Below the pieces are notes generated by a model, which had not been told where the DNA came from, ran no database searches, and worked only from the letters and a program-made list of their open reading frames with translations. Positions 42,378 through 55,718 of a stretch of 64,000 bases of DNA are shown here, in pieces; within the stretch, counting starts at the first letter, position 1, and each line of letters begins with the position of its first letter. Origin of the DNA: Octopus vulgaris (taxonomy: Eukaryota). The translations under genes and the position numbers were made by a program. Location of the stretch: the NCBI GenBank assembly GCA_951406725.2, contig OX597830.1:46872001-46936000 (forward strand). Reading direction: 5' to 3'.

Positions 42378-42785
42378 CCTTTTACTTTCTGCTTGTTTCA
42401 ATCATTGGACTACGGCCATGCCAGGGAAATGTCTTGAAGGCTTTAGTCGAACAAATTAACCTCAGTACTTTTTTAAATGGCTACTACTTATTCCATCGTA
42501 CTCTTTAGCCGAACCGCTAGGTCACTGTGATGTAAGTAAACCAACACTGGTTGTCAAGAAATGGTGTCGGTGGTGGTGGCGGAGACAAATGCAAATACAC
42601 ACATATACACACGCATATACTACAGGCTTCCATACATTTTCCGTTTATCAATTTTACTCGCAAGTTATTGGTTGGCCCTGGGTTATATAAGAAGACACTC
42701 GCTCTAACTGTCACGCAGTAGGACTGAACCCGGAACTACATGATTGCAAAGCGTGCTTCTTAAGCACACAATCATGTCTACGCCT
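42378..42785 (-). mobile_element. SINE family A, diverged full length
   Basis: Head, core and tail blocks as in 2623-3064. Confidence 0.8.
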
Positions 42786-42996
42786 GATGTATAAGCATCC
42801 TGTTATTCTTTTTCTAGTTTCAATGCCAGACTCGGATCTTGTTGTCCGAGAATTACATTAAGAGTAGACGTGTCTTCGGAATACTCAGCCACACACGTAC
42901 TATCCAAATATTTATCTTTAAAATAGACGAAGACTCATCCATGTATTTGTGTGTGTGTGTGTGTGTGTAGGGAACACCTCTCAATAATTTAATATA

Positions 42997-43633
42997 CTTT
43001 TCTACTCTAGGCACAATGCTCGAGATTTTAGGGAAAGGGCCAGTCGATTAGCTCGACCCCAGTACACAACTGGTACTTAATTTATCGACCCCGAAAGGAT
43101 GAAAGGCAAAGTCAACCTCGGCGGAATTTGAACACAGAATGTAAAGATAGACGAAATACCTATTTCTTTACTGCCCACAAGGGGCTAAACACAGAGAGGA
43201 CAAACAAGGACAGACAAACGGATTAAGTCGATTATATCGACCCCAGTGCGTAACTGGTACTTAATTTATCGACTCCGAAATGATGAAAGGCAAAGTCAAC
43301 CTCGGCGGAATTTGAACTCAGAACGTAGCGGCAGACGAAATATCTATTTCTTTACTACCCACAAGGAGCTAAACACAGAGAGGACAAACAAGTACAGACA
43401 AACGGATTAAGTCGATTTTATCGACCCCAGTGCGTAACTGGTACTTATTTAATCGACCCCGAAATGATGAAAGGCAAAGTCGACCTCGGCGGAATTTGAA
43501 CTCAGAACGTAGCGGCAGACGAAATACCTATTTCTTTACTACCCACAAGGGGCTAATCACAGAGAGGACAAACAAGGACAGACAAACGGATTAAGTCGAT
43601 TATATCGACCCCAGTGCGTAACCGGTATTTATT
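42997..43633 (-). mobile_element. Headless SINE family B tandem array, 184-bp period
   Basis: Junctions at 43153, 43337 and 43521 are exactly 184 bp apart. The terminal unit carries tailY. Confidence 0.92.
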
Positions 43634-43687
43634 TTCAGTCTACAGGAAAATGGCTAAAATTTGCCCTCTTTATAATTATACCATATG

Positions 43688-43737
<50 letters not shown>

Positions 43738-43745
43738 ACACACAT

Positions 43746-43785
<40 letters not shown>

Positions 43786-44461
43786 GCATGCATACATACA
43801 TGGATATATACACACACATATACATACATAAATACATTACATATACAAACACAGATATACAGTATTTGGATGTTGAAACGAAGGATGAAAAAGTCTCCCA
43901 ATTCATGGAGTTGAAATAATTTTTCCTTTCGCAGTCGTTTATTCCTTTCGACGCCATTAAAAGTTTCCCTCTACTTGCCTTCCTCCGGGCAAAAAAAAAA
44001 AAAAATCATTCGCTTATGTATCGCCTGAAGGAGATTACTATGGACACACACACACGCGTGCGCACACATAGACCGACAGAACTACTTTGATTATCACCAT
44101 GTAGTTTCGCTTTAATGCTTTTCAACATCAAAAGACGCCATCGAGGGGGTTTCATAGCTGTTTTGCATTTTTCTCTTCGAATTCGTTCTTCAATTACTCG
44201 TCCCCGTTTTTCTCTTTCGTCTTTCTTTCGTTCTTAAATTTCTTTCCAAAACTGTCGAAACTAAACATGCTGCCGTCTCACGTGTTTCGCTCCAGGCTAC
44301 GAAGGCTCCGATCCACACGCGTCGGTCTGTGCCTATGTCTTTGGTTGCCAAACATGTTCGATCGCGCACACACTTGCGTAATTTCCGAAGTTATACATGA
44401 GTAAATGTATGCGCGCGCATGTATATCTATCTATCTGTCTGTCTATCTATCTATTTGTCTG

Positions 44462-44540
<79 letters not shown>

Positions 44541-44559
44541 GTTTGTAGAGTGTGTATGC

Positions 44560-44596
<37 letters not shown>

Positions 44597-44708
44597 TACA
44601 TACATACAAACAAGTAAACGTAGATATATATAGATATATCCAGGGTCAGACGCAAAAACATATAAGCATATAACATATATGTGTGTGTGTATTTGTGTGT
44701 ATGCAAAC

Positions 44709-44807
<99 letters not shown>

Positions 44808-44882
44808 GACATATATAAAGAGTACACACACAAACACACACGTATAGATACTCACATGCATGCATACATTTACACACATATA

Positions 44883-44925
<43 letters not shown>

Positions 44926-45301
44926 GTTCATAGATAACTACATGCACACACGTCCACAGATCTGCGTGTACGTGCGTGCATTTCTGTGCCTTACCGCTTA
45001 CTGCTTGTTTTTTAATTTCTTTCCTCGTTTTTCTCTCCCACTCACTTTCTCTCTTTTCTGCTTTCTCTTCAATCTCTTCCACCGTTTCTTCCCAGTCTCT
45101 CCCTTCTCTCCTCCCCCTCCCCCTATCTTTTATTGGCTTTGCAATTTAATGTTCTACAAGAACAAAATAAATAGAACATTTCATTTTCTCGATTTTTTCT
45201 CTCTGTTCCTGGCTCGAACTTTCCTTTCGGCGATGTTCGTTTCCGTTGTTAAATGAATGTTTTTCGTTAACAACTCCTTACGTAATACATCTGTATTTAG
45301 C

Positions 45302-45345
<44 letters not shown>

Positions 45346-45399
45346 ATCGTAGATCGATGCTTTGTACGAGTGATGTGCACTTTAGATACAACATTTCTC

Positions 45400-45583
45400 T
45401 CACTATTTTCATTTACAAATACTTTTTGTCCAACTCAGCTTACAATTTGGCGTCACTTTTGCCTGTCATTCTTTCGGAATCGATGAAATAAATACCAATT
45501 ATACACTGGGATCGTTGAAATCGACTAGCCCCCTCACCCGAAGTTTCAGGCCTTGTGCCTATAGAAGAAATTATTATTATCAT

Positions 45584-45633
<50 letters not shown>

Positions 45634-46350
45634 TTATTATTATTATTATTATTAAGGCGGCGAGCTGGCAGAATCGTTACACGAAATGCTTGGCGGTATT
45701 TCGCCCGTTGCTATGTTCTAAGTTCAAATTCTGCCGAGGTCGACTTTACCTTTCATCCTTTCGTGCTTGATTAAATAAGTACCAGTTACGTACTGGGGTC
45801 GATGTAATCGACTTAATCCTTCCCCCCAAATTTCAGGCCTTGTGCTTCCAGTAGAAAAGATTATTATTATTATTATTGTTATTACTATTATTATTATTAT
45901 TATTAAGGCAACGAACTGGCAGAATCATTTGCATCCGGACAAAATGCTTAGCGGCATTTCGTCCGTCTTCACTTTCCGACTTCAAATGCCGCCGAGGTAG
46001 ACTTTGCCTTGTATTCTTTCGGGGTTGATAAATAAAGTACAAGTTGACTTCTGTGGCCGATGTAATCAACTCATGCCCTTCCCCACTGAAATTGCTGGCC
46101 TTGTGACAAAATTTGAAACCATTTCTGTTATTATTAAGTGGATTTGTAATGGCGGCAGTTTAGCAGAATCGGTAGAGCATCGGTCTAAATGCATTGCAGT
46201 CCTTGTTATTATACTTTACATTCTGAGTTCACATCCCGCCGAAGTCAACTTTATTTTTCATCCTTTTAGGGTCGATAAAATAAAGTACCAGTCATGTATT
46301 GGAATCTCTGGTATTCACTAACCCTCTCCCTTCAAATTTCAGCTTTTATA
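45400..46350 (+). mobile_element. Train of four head-to-tail SINE family B copies separated by (TTA)/(CTA)n
   Basis: Heads at ~45654, ~45904 and ~46149 plus a headless copy at ~45400. The copies end in ATT repeats. Confidence 0.8.
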
Positions 46351-46968
46351 ATCAAAGTTTCATTATAGAATCGAAGATTTTTCTTTCGGATTTTTCCGTT
46401 CTACATTAGCCGCAGTTAGACATCATGGGACAGAATCCAGTGGTGGACTGCTTCGGAATTTGCAAAAAGGAACGGATTTGTCTGTGTGTATCGGGACAGG
46501 GGAACTAGAGAGAGAGAAATCAAGTCTCAAGTAATGTGTAAACATGTGCCAAAAGGAGGACTCTACATAGCTAAAAATAAAAGCCAGAATTTCCCTCAAA
46601 CCACTCCCTACACTTTCATTTATTGAAAGACATGTAAAAGAATGGAGTTTTGGATGTTTTCAATGTTGGTTTGATTGTGGCTCAAACGTTTTTAATCGAA
46701 TACGAAATAAACAACAACTACAACCAAACAACAAAAATAGCAAGTACACAGAATGGTTTTTCATTTTATTATATAAAAAAATATCTGTAGGTGTTTGTTT
46801 TAGACAATATTCTGCGTTACAACGTTTCTGAACATTTTTTTGTACAATGTTCTTGGACAGAAAAAGAGAGGGAACAGCTGTGTATACGTTTCGATTCTTG
46901 TTGGAATCGTCACCAGCAATTGTGTATCTTCCCCACCTATACACATTGCTTCTAAACCCATTAGGAGT

Positions 46969-47185
46969 TAGGCGGCAAGCTGGCAGAATCGTTGGCATGC
47001 CGGACAAAATGCTTAGCGGCATTTCGTCCGTCGTTAAGTTCTGAGTTCAAATTCCGCTGAGGTCGACTTTGTCTTTCATCTTTTCTGGGTTGGTAAATTA
47101 AGTACCAGTTGAGCACTGATCGTCGGTGCGATTGGTTTTCGCCTCCCATCAAAACTGCTGGCCTTGTATCAAAATTTGAGACCAA
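46969..47185 (+). mobile_element. SINE family B monomer
   Basis: TAGGCGGCAAGCTGGCAGAATCG head and central block. Confidence 0.85.
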
Positions 47186-47454
47186 GATTAGCAATATTAG
47201 GAATTAAAGAAAACTGGAGAGGTCTCTATTCTTGCTTAACTCTTTTCCATGCAGCAAGATCCAGCATTAAATTACTGGCATTTTAACAGTGTTTCAGTTC
47301 ATTGCAATATAATCGAACGTATCTAAAGGTTTATAAGTAAATTCTGTGAGTTACGATGATTGTAAGCAATTCGTTTGTACACTTCTATAATTTTAGTTGA
47401 AAACATGACATATCAAACAACATGGATCGCTTTCTTTATATACGTAACTGGTTA

Positions 47455-47670
47455 TAAGTTGCTGTTGTTCTTTGAAACCAAACCATTCCTGTCTGGACAG
47501 ATCTATGATCAAAAGTACTTCGTCTTGACTTTCCTGCCTTGTTTTTTTTTTCTGTCTAAATTTTCCAATGTCCTTACTCATTTTTAAGATGGTAGGTTGT
47601 GATTTGAGGATATTTGACTGCTATTTCTAACAGATCGAGTGACCATCGACGAGTTTCCTCGGTTGCTTGC
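47455..47670 (-). mobile_element. Family D repeat
   Basis: GTGATTTGAGGATATTTGACTGCTATTTCTAACAG block shared with 49750-49812, 60770-60830 and 61741-61780. Confidence 0.6.
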
Positions 47671-48188
47671 CTATTGTCTCATATCATACATGTATAAAGT
47701 ATTTTGTAAGAACCCGTCTTTAGCAACTGGCTGACTTATCGGTCGGCAAAGATTAAACACGACGAGCAAACATGGATATCTGTTAATGCGAAAACTGGAG
47801 GACGATGTCGATAGATCAGAATAATCAATAACGAAGTGAACATAGAAGATAAAAGAATAAATTGAATAAATATTTAAAAAAGAATACACATACCCATTGT
47901 CGTGACGCCTTAAAGCAGTGTTTCTTGACGGTTTTTGATTTCGTGACACACAAGAGGTTGAATAGAATGAAAAAGACTGGCGTACTTCACATGGAAAAGT
48001 GTGTGTATAATCGCGCATGTATGTGTGTGTACGTGTATACGCACACACGTAAATATACATATATATATACATATATATACACGCATATATATATACATAC
48101 ACACACAAATACATCTATCTATCTATCTATCTATCTATTTATCTATCTAGCTATCTGTCTGTCTGTCTGTCTTTGTTTCTGTTTGTCA

Positions 48189-48326
<138 letters not shown>

Positions 48327-48390
48327 TTATCTATTTATCTATCTAGCTATCTGTCTGTCTGTCTTTGTTTCTGTTTGTCTGTCTGTCTGC

Positions 48391-48454
<64 letters not shown>

Positions 48455-48505
48455 ATATATATATATGCAAGTATATTGTACGTATGCATACATATGCATA
48501 TACAT

Positions 48506-48543
<38 letters not shown>

Positions 48544-48843
48544 TATATTCATCCAGTACATGCAAACACACTCACATATATGTATACATGCAGCAAAAAG
48601 AAAACACAAAATTTAGACGATTAGAAAACATAAAACTGTTGCCTTCTCTGTTTTTCTGAATCCGATTTGTGTCTAAAGAAAATGAAAATCACCCAAAAAT
48701 GCGTTTTTTTCTCTTTCCGACATGAATCTGCATTTTGCAAAACCTTACATTATATTTGTAAGAATCTGCAGCTCGCAGAGTTCGCTGTTGCTCTGAAAAT
48801 GTTTGAGATTTAGAGAATTTAACAGAACAACTAAAAACCTCTT

Positions 48844-48895
48844 GTCACGTGAACACATCGTGTCACGTGATTCCCGAAAGCGGAAGATGGAGGCT
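48844..48895. promoter_or_regulatory. Candidate regulatory motif cluster (2x GTCACGTGA, GCGGAAG, AAGATGGAGGC)
   Basis: Two extended E-boxes 18 bp apart, followed by overlapping ETS-like and YY1-like motifs. Function is inferred only. Confidence 0.3.
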
Positions 48896-48914
48896 GTTAA
48901 TAAAGTGTATAACA

Positions 48915-49129
48915 ATCATTGGATTGCGACCATGCTGGAGCACAGCATTCAAGGAATTCATCGAACAAATCAATTCTATTAGTGTTTGGTTTTAAGTCTT
49001 CTAATTATTATATGTGTCTTTTGCCGTACCGTTAAATCACGGGTACATAAACAAACTAACATCGGTTGTCAAAGGATGAGGAGACAAGCATAAAGACAGG
49101 CACACACACACACAAGCACACGCATACTT

Positions 49130-49193
<64 letters not shown>

Positions 49194-49217
49194 GCACGCA
49201 CACACACACACACACAC

Positions 49218-49261
<44 letters not shown>

Positions 49262-49336
49262 CGGGCTCCTACGGAGTTTCACTGCAATGACTTGTGCACG
49301 AAGCGAACCACGGAACCGCACACCCATGCCTGCGCC
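48915..49336 (-). mobile_element. SINE family A, diverged with internal deletion
   Basis: CCATGCTGGAGCAC tail, (CA)n centre and GCCTGCGCCT head end. Confidence 0.75.
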
Positions 49337-49415
49337 TATGTATAAACATTATCTTCTGTGTGGGTGTGCGTGCAAGTGTGTGTGTGTGCGACTGTGTGTG
49401 TGTGTGTGCGAGTGT

Positions 49416-49480
<65 letters not shown>

Positions 49481-49834
49481 CGTGTGCGCAAGTGCGCGCG
49501 CTCGAATATCAAGTACGCTCGTGTGAACATGGTTGATATGGTGAGCAGTAATTATCCAATCAGAAATACGTACGTGGTACGGAACATACAACGCAAACTC
49601 ATTGATTAATCATATTATAACTGCAATCATTCCAGCAATTACGGGAGACAACTCAAGACGTATTCCTGCATGTGCAGTTAGTCGTCGTCAGCGAAACGGT
49701 TGTGCTACTCCAAAGATGATCTACCGACTTATTTTTTTGATAATCATTTGAGAGGGGTTTGACTGCTATTTCTAACACCCCCATGAATCCCGTAGAGACT
49801 CTCTCGTTGGCTCTTAACCATAAGTTCCATAACA

Positions 49835-50320
49835 GCGGTGAAGATGGAATATCATGCTTTCCTTCAAGGAACTATCGATATGGAAGTGAGGCTTGGTTTC
49901 ATAACAGAAACGAGAAGGTGCTTGGAGAGCGGTGGAATGTGGTTCTTACGGAGAACATCGAAGATAGCATGGACAAAGGGTCTAATGAAGGAGTTACGAC
50001 CCCGAGCAGTGATAAATAGAAAACTACTTCATGAGATAAGGGCCAAGCAACTGAGATTTCTTGGTCATGTGATGAGGAAAGAGGACCTGGGTAATTTAGC
50101 GATGAGCGGGAAGACTGAATGGAAAAGAAACAGAGGAAAGAGAACGATGAGATGGATGTCAAACGTAACGAATTGGCTGAAAAAAAAGACGCATTAAACA
50201 TCAGGAAGAGGAATTGATGCAGAAAACAGAAAAGAGAATTTTGGCAGAGACTAGAGAGAATTGTGGCAGGACATAATCGCCTGTGTCCTATATTCTGGGC
50301 ACGGCAAAGTAAAGAAAGAT
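49835..50320 (+). mobile_element. RTE-clade LINE 3' fragment
   Basis: YGSEAW, MWFLRRTSKIAW and QLRFLGHVMRKEDLGNLAMSGKTEWKRNRGK. Confidence 0.85.
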
Positions 50321-50894
50321 AGAAAATGAAAGAACCAGATTAAAAGAAGTTTTATGACGCAGTCGGCTGGTCAGGAGATGACCTCCAGACTAGGAAATTA
50401 ACTCTACTAATCATATTAATTCATTTTTGTTGATAATCAATTTCTGTTGAGTTGATTAGTTTTCTATTAGCAGAAGTCCTCTTTGTCCACATCACTGCAA
50501 TAAATATAATCATTTTTCCCCCCCTCAAGTGACGAATCTTGATTGATGTCTTTAACTTTCTGGTTTCGATAATTAGGTTTCGAAAGTCGGTTAAATTCCA
50601 CTTAAATTTCAATTGCTTTCATGAAAACCTATAAATTACTAGAAATACTGGTACAATTAATATACTAATATTTCACTGCTTGAGAAATTAAAAATTACAC
50701 GTTTTCAACAATATTCTTCTGAAAGGTACGAATACTGCAACAATACTGCCTTTCAATCCAACTTCGTTTGTATGCTACGAAGATCATTGGTGCTTATATG
50801 CGTATTTGTTAATCTGTGTATTTGTTAAGCTCTATGTTCTGGAATTTAGCTGTTGTATTATATTATGCTTCAATATGACAATTAGTAAAGCAAT

Positions 50895-51292
50895 CTTTTC
50901 TACACTAGGCACGAGGTTCGAAATTTTTGGGGAGGGGGCCAGTCAATTTGTCGACTCCCAGGATGCAACTGGTACTTAATTTATCGACTCCGAAAGGGTA
51001 AAAGGCAAAGTCGACCTCGCCGGAATTTGAACTCAGAACGTAGCGGCAGCCGAAATACCTATTTCTTTACTACCCACAAGGATCCAAACACAGAGGGGAC
51101 GAACAAGGACAGACAAACGGATTAAGTCGATTATATCGACCCCAGTGCGTAACTGGTACTTAGTTAATCGACCCCGAAAGGATGAAAGGCAAAGTCGACT
51201 TCGGCGGAATTTGAACTCACAACGTAGCGGCAGACGAAATACGGCTACGCATTTCGCCCGGCGTGCTAACGTTTCTGCCAGCTCGCCGCCTT
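50895..51292 (-). mobile_element. SINE family B dimer (head-body-tailX / body-tailY)
   Basis: Junction GAAATACCTATTTC at 51052. Same architecture as 19018-19398. Confidence 0.9.
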
Positions 51293-51994
51293 CATTTAGA
51301 ATTTATTTAAAACTCTATCAAAAGCCGCATAAAAGGTTTTAATCTCGGTGTTCTTACCGACACATCAATACAAAATATAGGGCGGATTATAATCTACAAG
51401 ATTTCTATGAATCGTTTTGCGTACAAGAACTAACTGATTGGTTCCCACCAAACTGAAAGGGTTTCGAATCTGACTCCCTATACTGCTTTCAGAAAAAAAA
51501 AAAGATGTCGGAAGAAAGTAAAGATTAAACCTTCACGTTGCAATATCCTTTTCCTGATTCTCCTTTTGTTTTTATGAAACCTCTTATTATGAATCTGAGG
51601 ATGGTTTGACATTTAATAATAGAAACTGGCAGAATCGTTTTAGAGACAGAGAAAATGCTTTGCAGCACTTCTTCCTATTCTTTAAAAGTTCTGAGTTCAA
51701 ATCCCGCTGAGGGCGACCTCGCCTTTCATCCTTTCAATCGTTTTCCCCTCCCCTCAAAATCACTGTCCTTGTGCCAAAATTAGAAGCCATTATTTTCTCT
51801 TTCTACTTCATGATTATTGGTTCTTGTTCAGAATGCCAAAGCGAAGAATTGTGTCTCTTCTCGAGCTGAGCATTTGCCGTATCAATCTCACAACTCGGAG
51901 GAAGATGCGAAAGTCATTCGTATTACTCTAGTCTAAAGAGTAGGGATATTCTTGACCATTTTTGTTCTGTTAATTAATAATTAGTAGCGGTAAT

Positions 51995-52213
51995 AATAGT
52001 TTCAAATTTTAGTACAAGGCCAGCAATTTCGATGGGGGGTGGCGTAAGTCAATTACATCGACCCCAGTATTCAACTGGTACTTATTTTATCGATCTCGAA
52101 AGGATGAAAGGCAAAGTTGACCTCGACGGAATTTGAACTCAGAACATAAAGACAGACGAAATGCCGTTAAGCATTTTGTCCGGCGTGCAAAATATTCTGC
52201 CAGCTCGTCGCCT
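51995..52213 (-). mobile_element. SINE family B monomer (tailY)
   Basis: Full head and body visible. Confidence 0.85.
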
Positions 52214-52704
52214 TTCTCATGACAAAAATATTAAGACCAATATAAAGCAATGAACTGGCAGAATCTTTTGCACGCTGGGCGAAACGCTTACTTTATCGAC
52301 CCCGAAAGGTCTTTTGCAGAAAGAATTACTATTCTTGTGATAAACAGAAGCAGAAGTCATTTAGAATTGGTGAAAAAAAAACAGCCCCCCCCGCCTCCAA
52401 AAAAAAAACGCAGTATAGCGAAACAAAATGAATAAGAATGAGAAGAAACGGTAGAATTGTCTGCGAGAGATTACATAGTTGCACATTTTTGAGGAAATTA
52501 TATTCAGAATGCTTGTTTTTGAGGTTTTAATCTTCAGAACAGCGATTCCATTTTAGCGTTGGTTTGAGAATTTCATTCCTGCCAGGATTGTCTCTCTCTG
52601 AAGTTTAGTGATAAATAATGTTCTGTTTTTTTTTTTCACTAAATCTTTGAAATAATTCTGATATAGAATGAGGGGGAAGAAGTAGAAAGGCGACAAGCAT
52701 GACG

Positions 52705-52744
<40 letters not shown>

Positions 52745-53285
52745 GTGTGTGTGTATTGTATGGAGGCATGGTTAAGGATCTGACTGGCGTATATGAATGT
52801 ATACTTGCATACACACACACATACACACACATATTTACAAGCGCACATGCATACACATAATATATTTATTATGAATAATTATTTTTGTCTGTATATGTAC
52901 GTATACGTGTATATGTATTTATGTATGTGTGTGTGTACGTATATGTATGTATACACACATATACACACACTCACACACACATATATATATGTGTGTGTGT
53001 GTGTACGTGTGTGTGTGTTTGCGTGTGTGTGTGTGTGCGTTTATGCGTGTCTGTGCATGAGTGTGTCTGCATAAATTATTTGCATGTACGTGTTTCGCTT
53101 TGAAAGAGAACAATGCCTAGATCGATGCCCACTCACCCGCCTGCCAGCCCGCCAGCATATCTCTGCTCAGAAGCGAGTATCCCTAAATAAAACTCGTGTG
53201 TATTTCGTGTGCATGAACGTATTTTTGGTGAATACTGAAGTGAATGCATTGAAAAGAGAATATATAATTGAATTATGTGTGCATT

Positions 53286-53330
<45 letters not shown>

Positions 53331-53562
53331 GTGTGTGTGTATGTATGTATATATATATATATATATATATATAGATATATATATATACATACACACACAC
53401 ATGCACATATAATGTAATTATGTGTGCATTTGTGTGTGTGTGTATATATATATATGGGTGTGCGTTTATATAGGCGGACGGATGTATGTGTGTGAGTGTG
53501 GTTCAGTGTGGTTTGGATGTGCATGCCGAAAGTTGGTTTGTGTGGACTGACTTTATGGGCGA

Positions 53563-54125
53563 TACACAGCGAGTCCATAAATTATTTTTTTTACAAATTT
53601 CATACTTTTTAAACTTGATATTGTAAAAGGAGTTTATGGACAGCTTGTATATTTATGCATATGTAAAGCTGGAAGGCAAATGTGCGTATGAATCAGCCAT
53701 CTTTGTTGTGCAAGTTACTTTATATTTCGACTTTTTTCCCTTAAGGCAGTTTCTGCCATTTCGTAGAATCGACTCTTCCTGTAACTCACTTGTTTTACAT
53801 GGACGTTACCAACAAATATTTTTTATCATTCTGGTTCAAAGTTTCATTCTCCCATTTTATTCCTTGAAATCTCCTCCACCTCCCCAGCTACTCCGTTACT
53901 CTCCTCCGTTCTATCATCACTGATTGTGAATTGAAGATATCCATCTCTCAAGGCTCCTTCCTAATTTCGTCGAGCATGATATGGTATACTTCTTAACTCA
54001 AACTTTTACTTAACTATCGCCTAATCAAAGTGAGCCACGATTCCTCATTCAAAGATGATGCGCCATAAGCACCAAGCAATTTTTGGTCAAGTTCTTCTCG
54101 CTTGAAACAGACGTTGATGAACAAT
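53563..54125 (-). mobile_element. Decayed Tc1/mariner transposase remnant
   Basis: Frameshifted SSTSVSSEKN.. VYHIMLDE.. LGRSLERWIS (WVP-like) .. KKSK..KMA fragments. Possible TA-CACAG terminus at 53563. Confidence 0.45.
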
Positions 54126-54182
54126 AAGGCAGAAAATGGTGTCCCTCATCTTGCTACTATCTCTCACTCAACCACTATCACC

Positions 54183-54213
<31 letters not shown>

Positions 54214-54561
54214 CCACCACCCCTCATGCGGTAGTCCACATCTTTTTTTTTTATGTAAAAAGGTATTCTATTACATTATTATAATTCTTATTTTTTCTCC
54301 CCTATCTCTCATCAAATGTTTTTTATGCACAGATTTCCTACTGAGTTTGTTTTGAAATTACTTTCATGCACAAAGTTTACTGCGTGGTTTTGTTTTACGT
54401 TGTTATTGCAACCCCCACCCCCAAAAAAACTGTCGGAACACGTATTTTCTCACATTATAATATGACAATCAATGGCAAAATTAAGTTCGCATCATTCTGC
54501 TGTGCAGGTGATTCACGAATCTATCTATCTGTCTGTCTGTGTGTCTGTCTGTGTGTCTGTG

Positions 54562-54602
<41 letters not shown>

Positions 54603-54668
54603 GTCTGTCTGTCTATCTATCTGTCAGCCTGTCTAACTGTCTATCTGTCTATTTGCTTGTCTGTCTGC

Positions 54669-54707
<39 letters not shown>

Positions 54708-55429
54708 CCTATCTATCTATCTATCTATCTATGTATTTGTCTGTCTATCTGTCTTATCTATCTATTTATACATAATACATACATACATACGTACATGCAT
54801 ACATACATACATACATACATACATACATACATACATACATACATACTTACACACACAAGTGCGAGCACACGTATGTCTATATATACTCTGTCATTAAACT
54901 CAGTCTCCCACTTCTCGGCTGACGCATGATTCTAGACATCAAAATATAATATTACGACCCGGATTAAAGGTATTATATGCGTATCTACTTCATGTGATAT
55001 ATATAATTGGCATTCCTGCGTTTCGTTCTCTTCTATTGGCGTAGACCTTGCAGTCGTAGCAGGAATTAATTTAATTTTGAATTTCTTGTGGAGGACTTTC
55101 AATGAGAAATATCTCGTTTCTAGATGAGTTGAGATGTGTACGGATGGATATCGATTATTAAATGATTATTGATTTCTGCCAGACAACACAGTTTTAGTAG
55201 AATGTTAATGCATCGGTGTGACGAAATATAAACAGAAATTTAGTAAACATAATTTCGGTAAGACGGTTATACAAGTTAGTAGTTTTAGTGATTGTTATTC
55301 CAAAACGAAATTAGCGACATACATTCGATCATGCAGACGGACGCACACTCCTCCCCCACCCGGATACACACATAATGAGCTATATACATATATATATATA
55401 TATATATGTAGATAGATAGATTGTTGAAA

Positions 55430-55575
55430 TTTATAGAAAAACAAAAGATGAAGACAGGTGTATGAACAACAAGGAAGTGTATAAGTTTGACGCTCGGAAA
55501 AAATGAAAATGTCTTTTACATTTCGAATCTAGGCTCCTCAACAGAAACAAATAAGACAAAGTAAACAGAGTCAAT
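55430..55575 (-). mobile_element. Penelope-like terminal repeat fragment with a minimal hammerhead-like motif
   Basis: TTT-CTGTTGA-GGAGCCTAGATTC-GAAA-TG-TA-AAA at 55514-55547, then a CCGAGCGTCAAACT block shared with 19805-20135. Confidence 0.5.
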
Positions 55576-55614
55576 GAACAAAACTTGTAGATGTCATATA
55601 TATATAACCACTCG

Positions 55615-55646
<32 letters not shown>

Positions 55647-55653
55647 CCACTCG

Positions 55654-55701
<48 letters not shown>

Positions 55702-55718
55702 CCACTCGTTATCCTTAG

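Noticed and set aside
42997-43633. CRISPR-like array or hammerhead retrozyme
   Set aside because: The units are whole SINE bodies with no unique spacers, and no CUGANGA/GAAA core is found in the unit on either strand.
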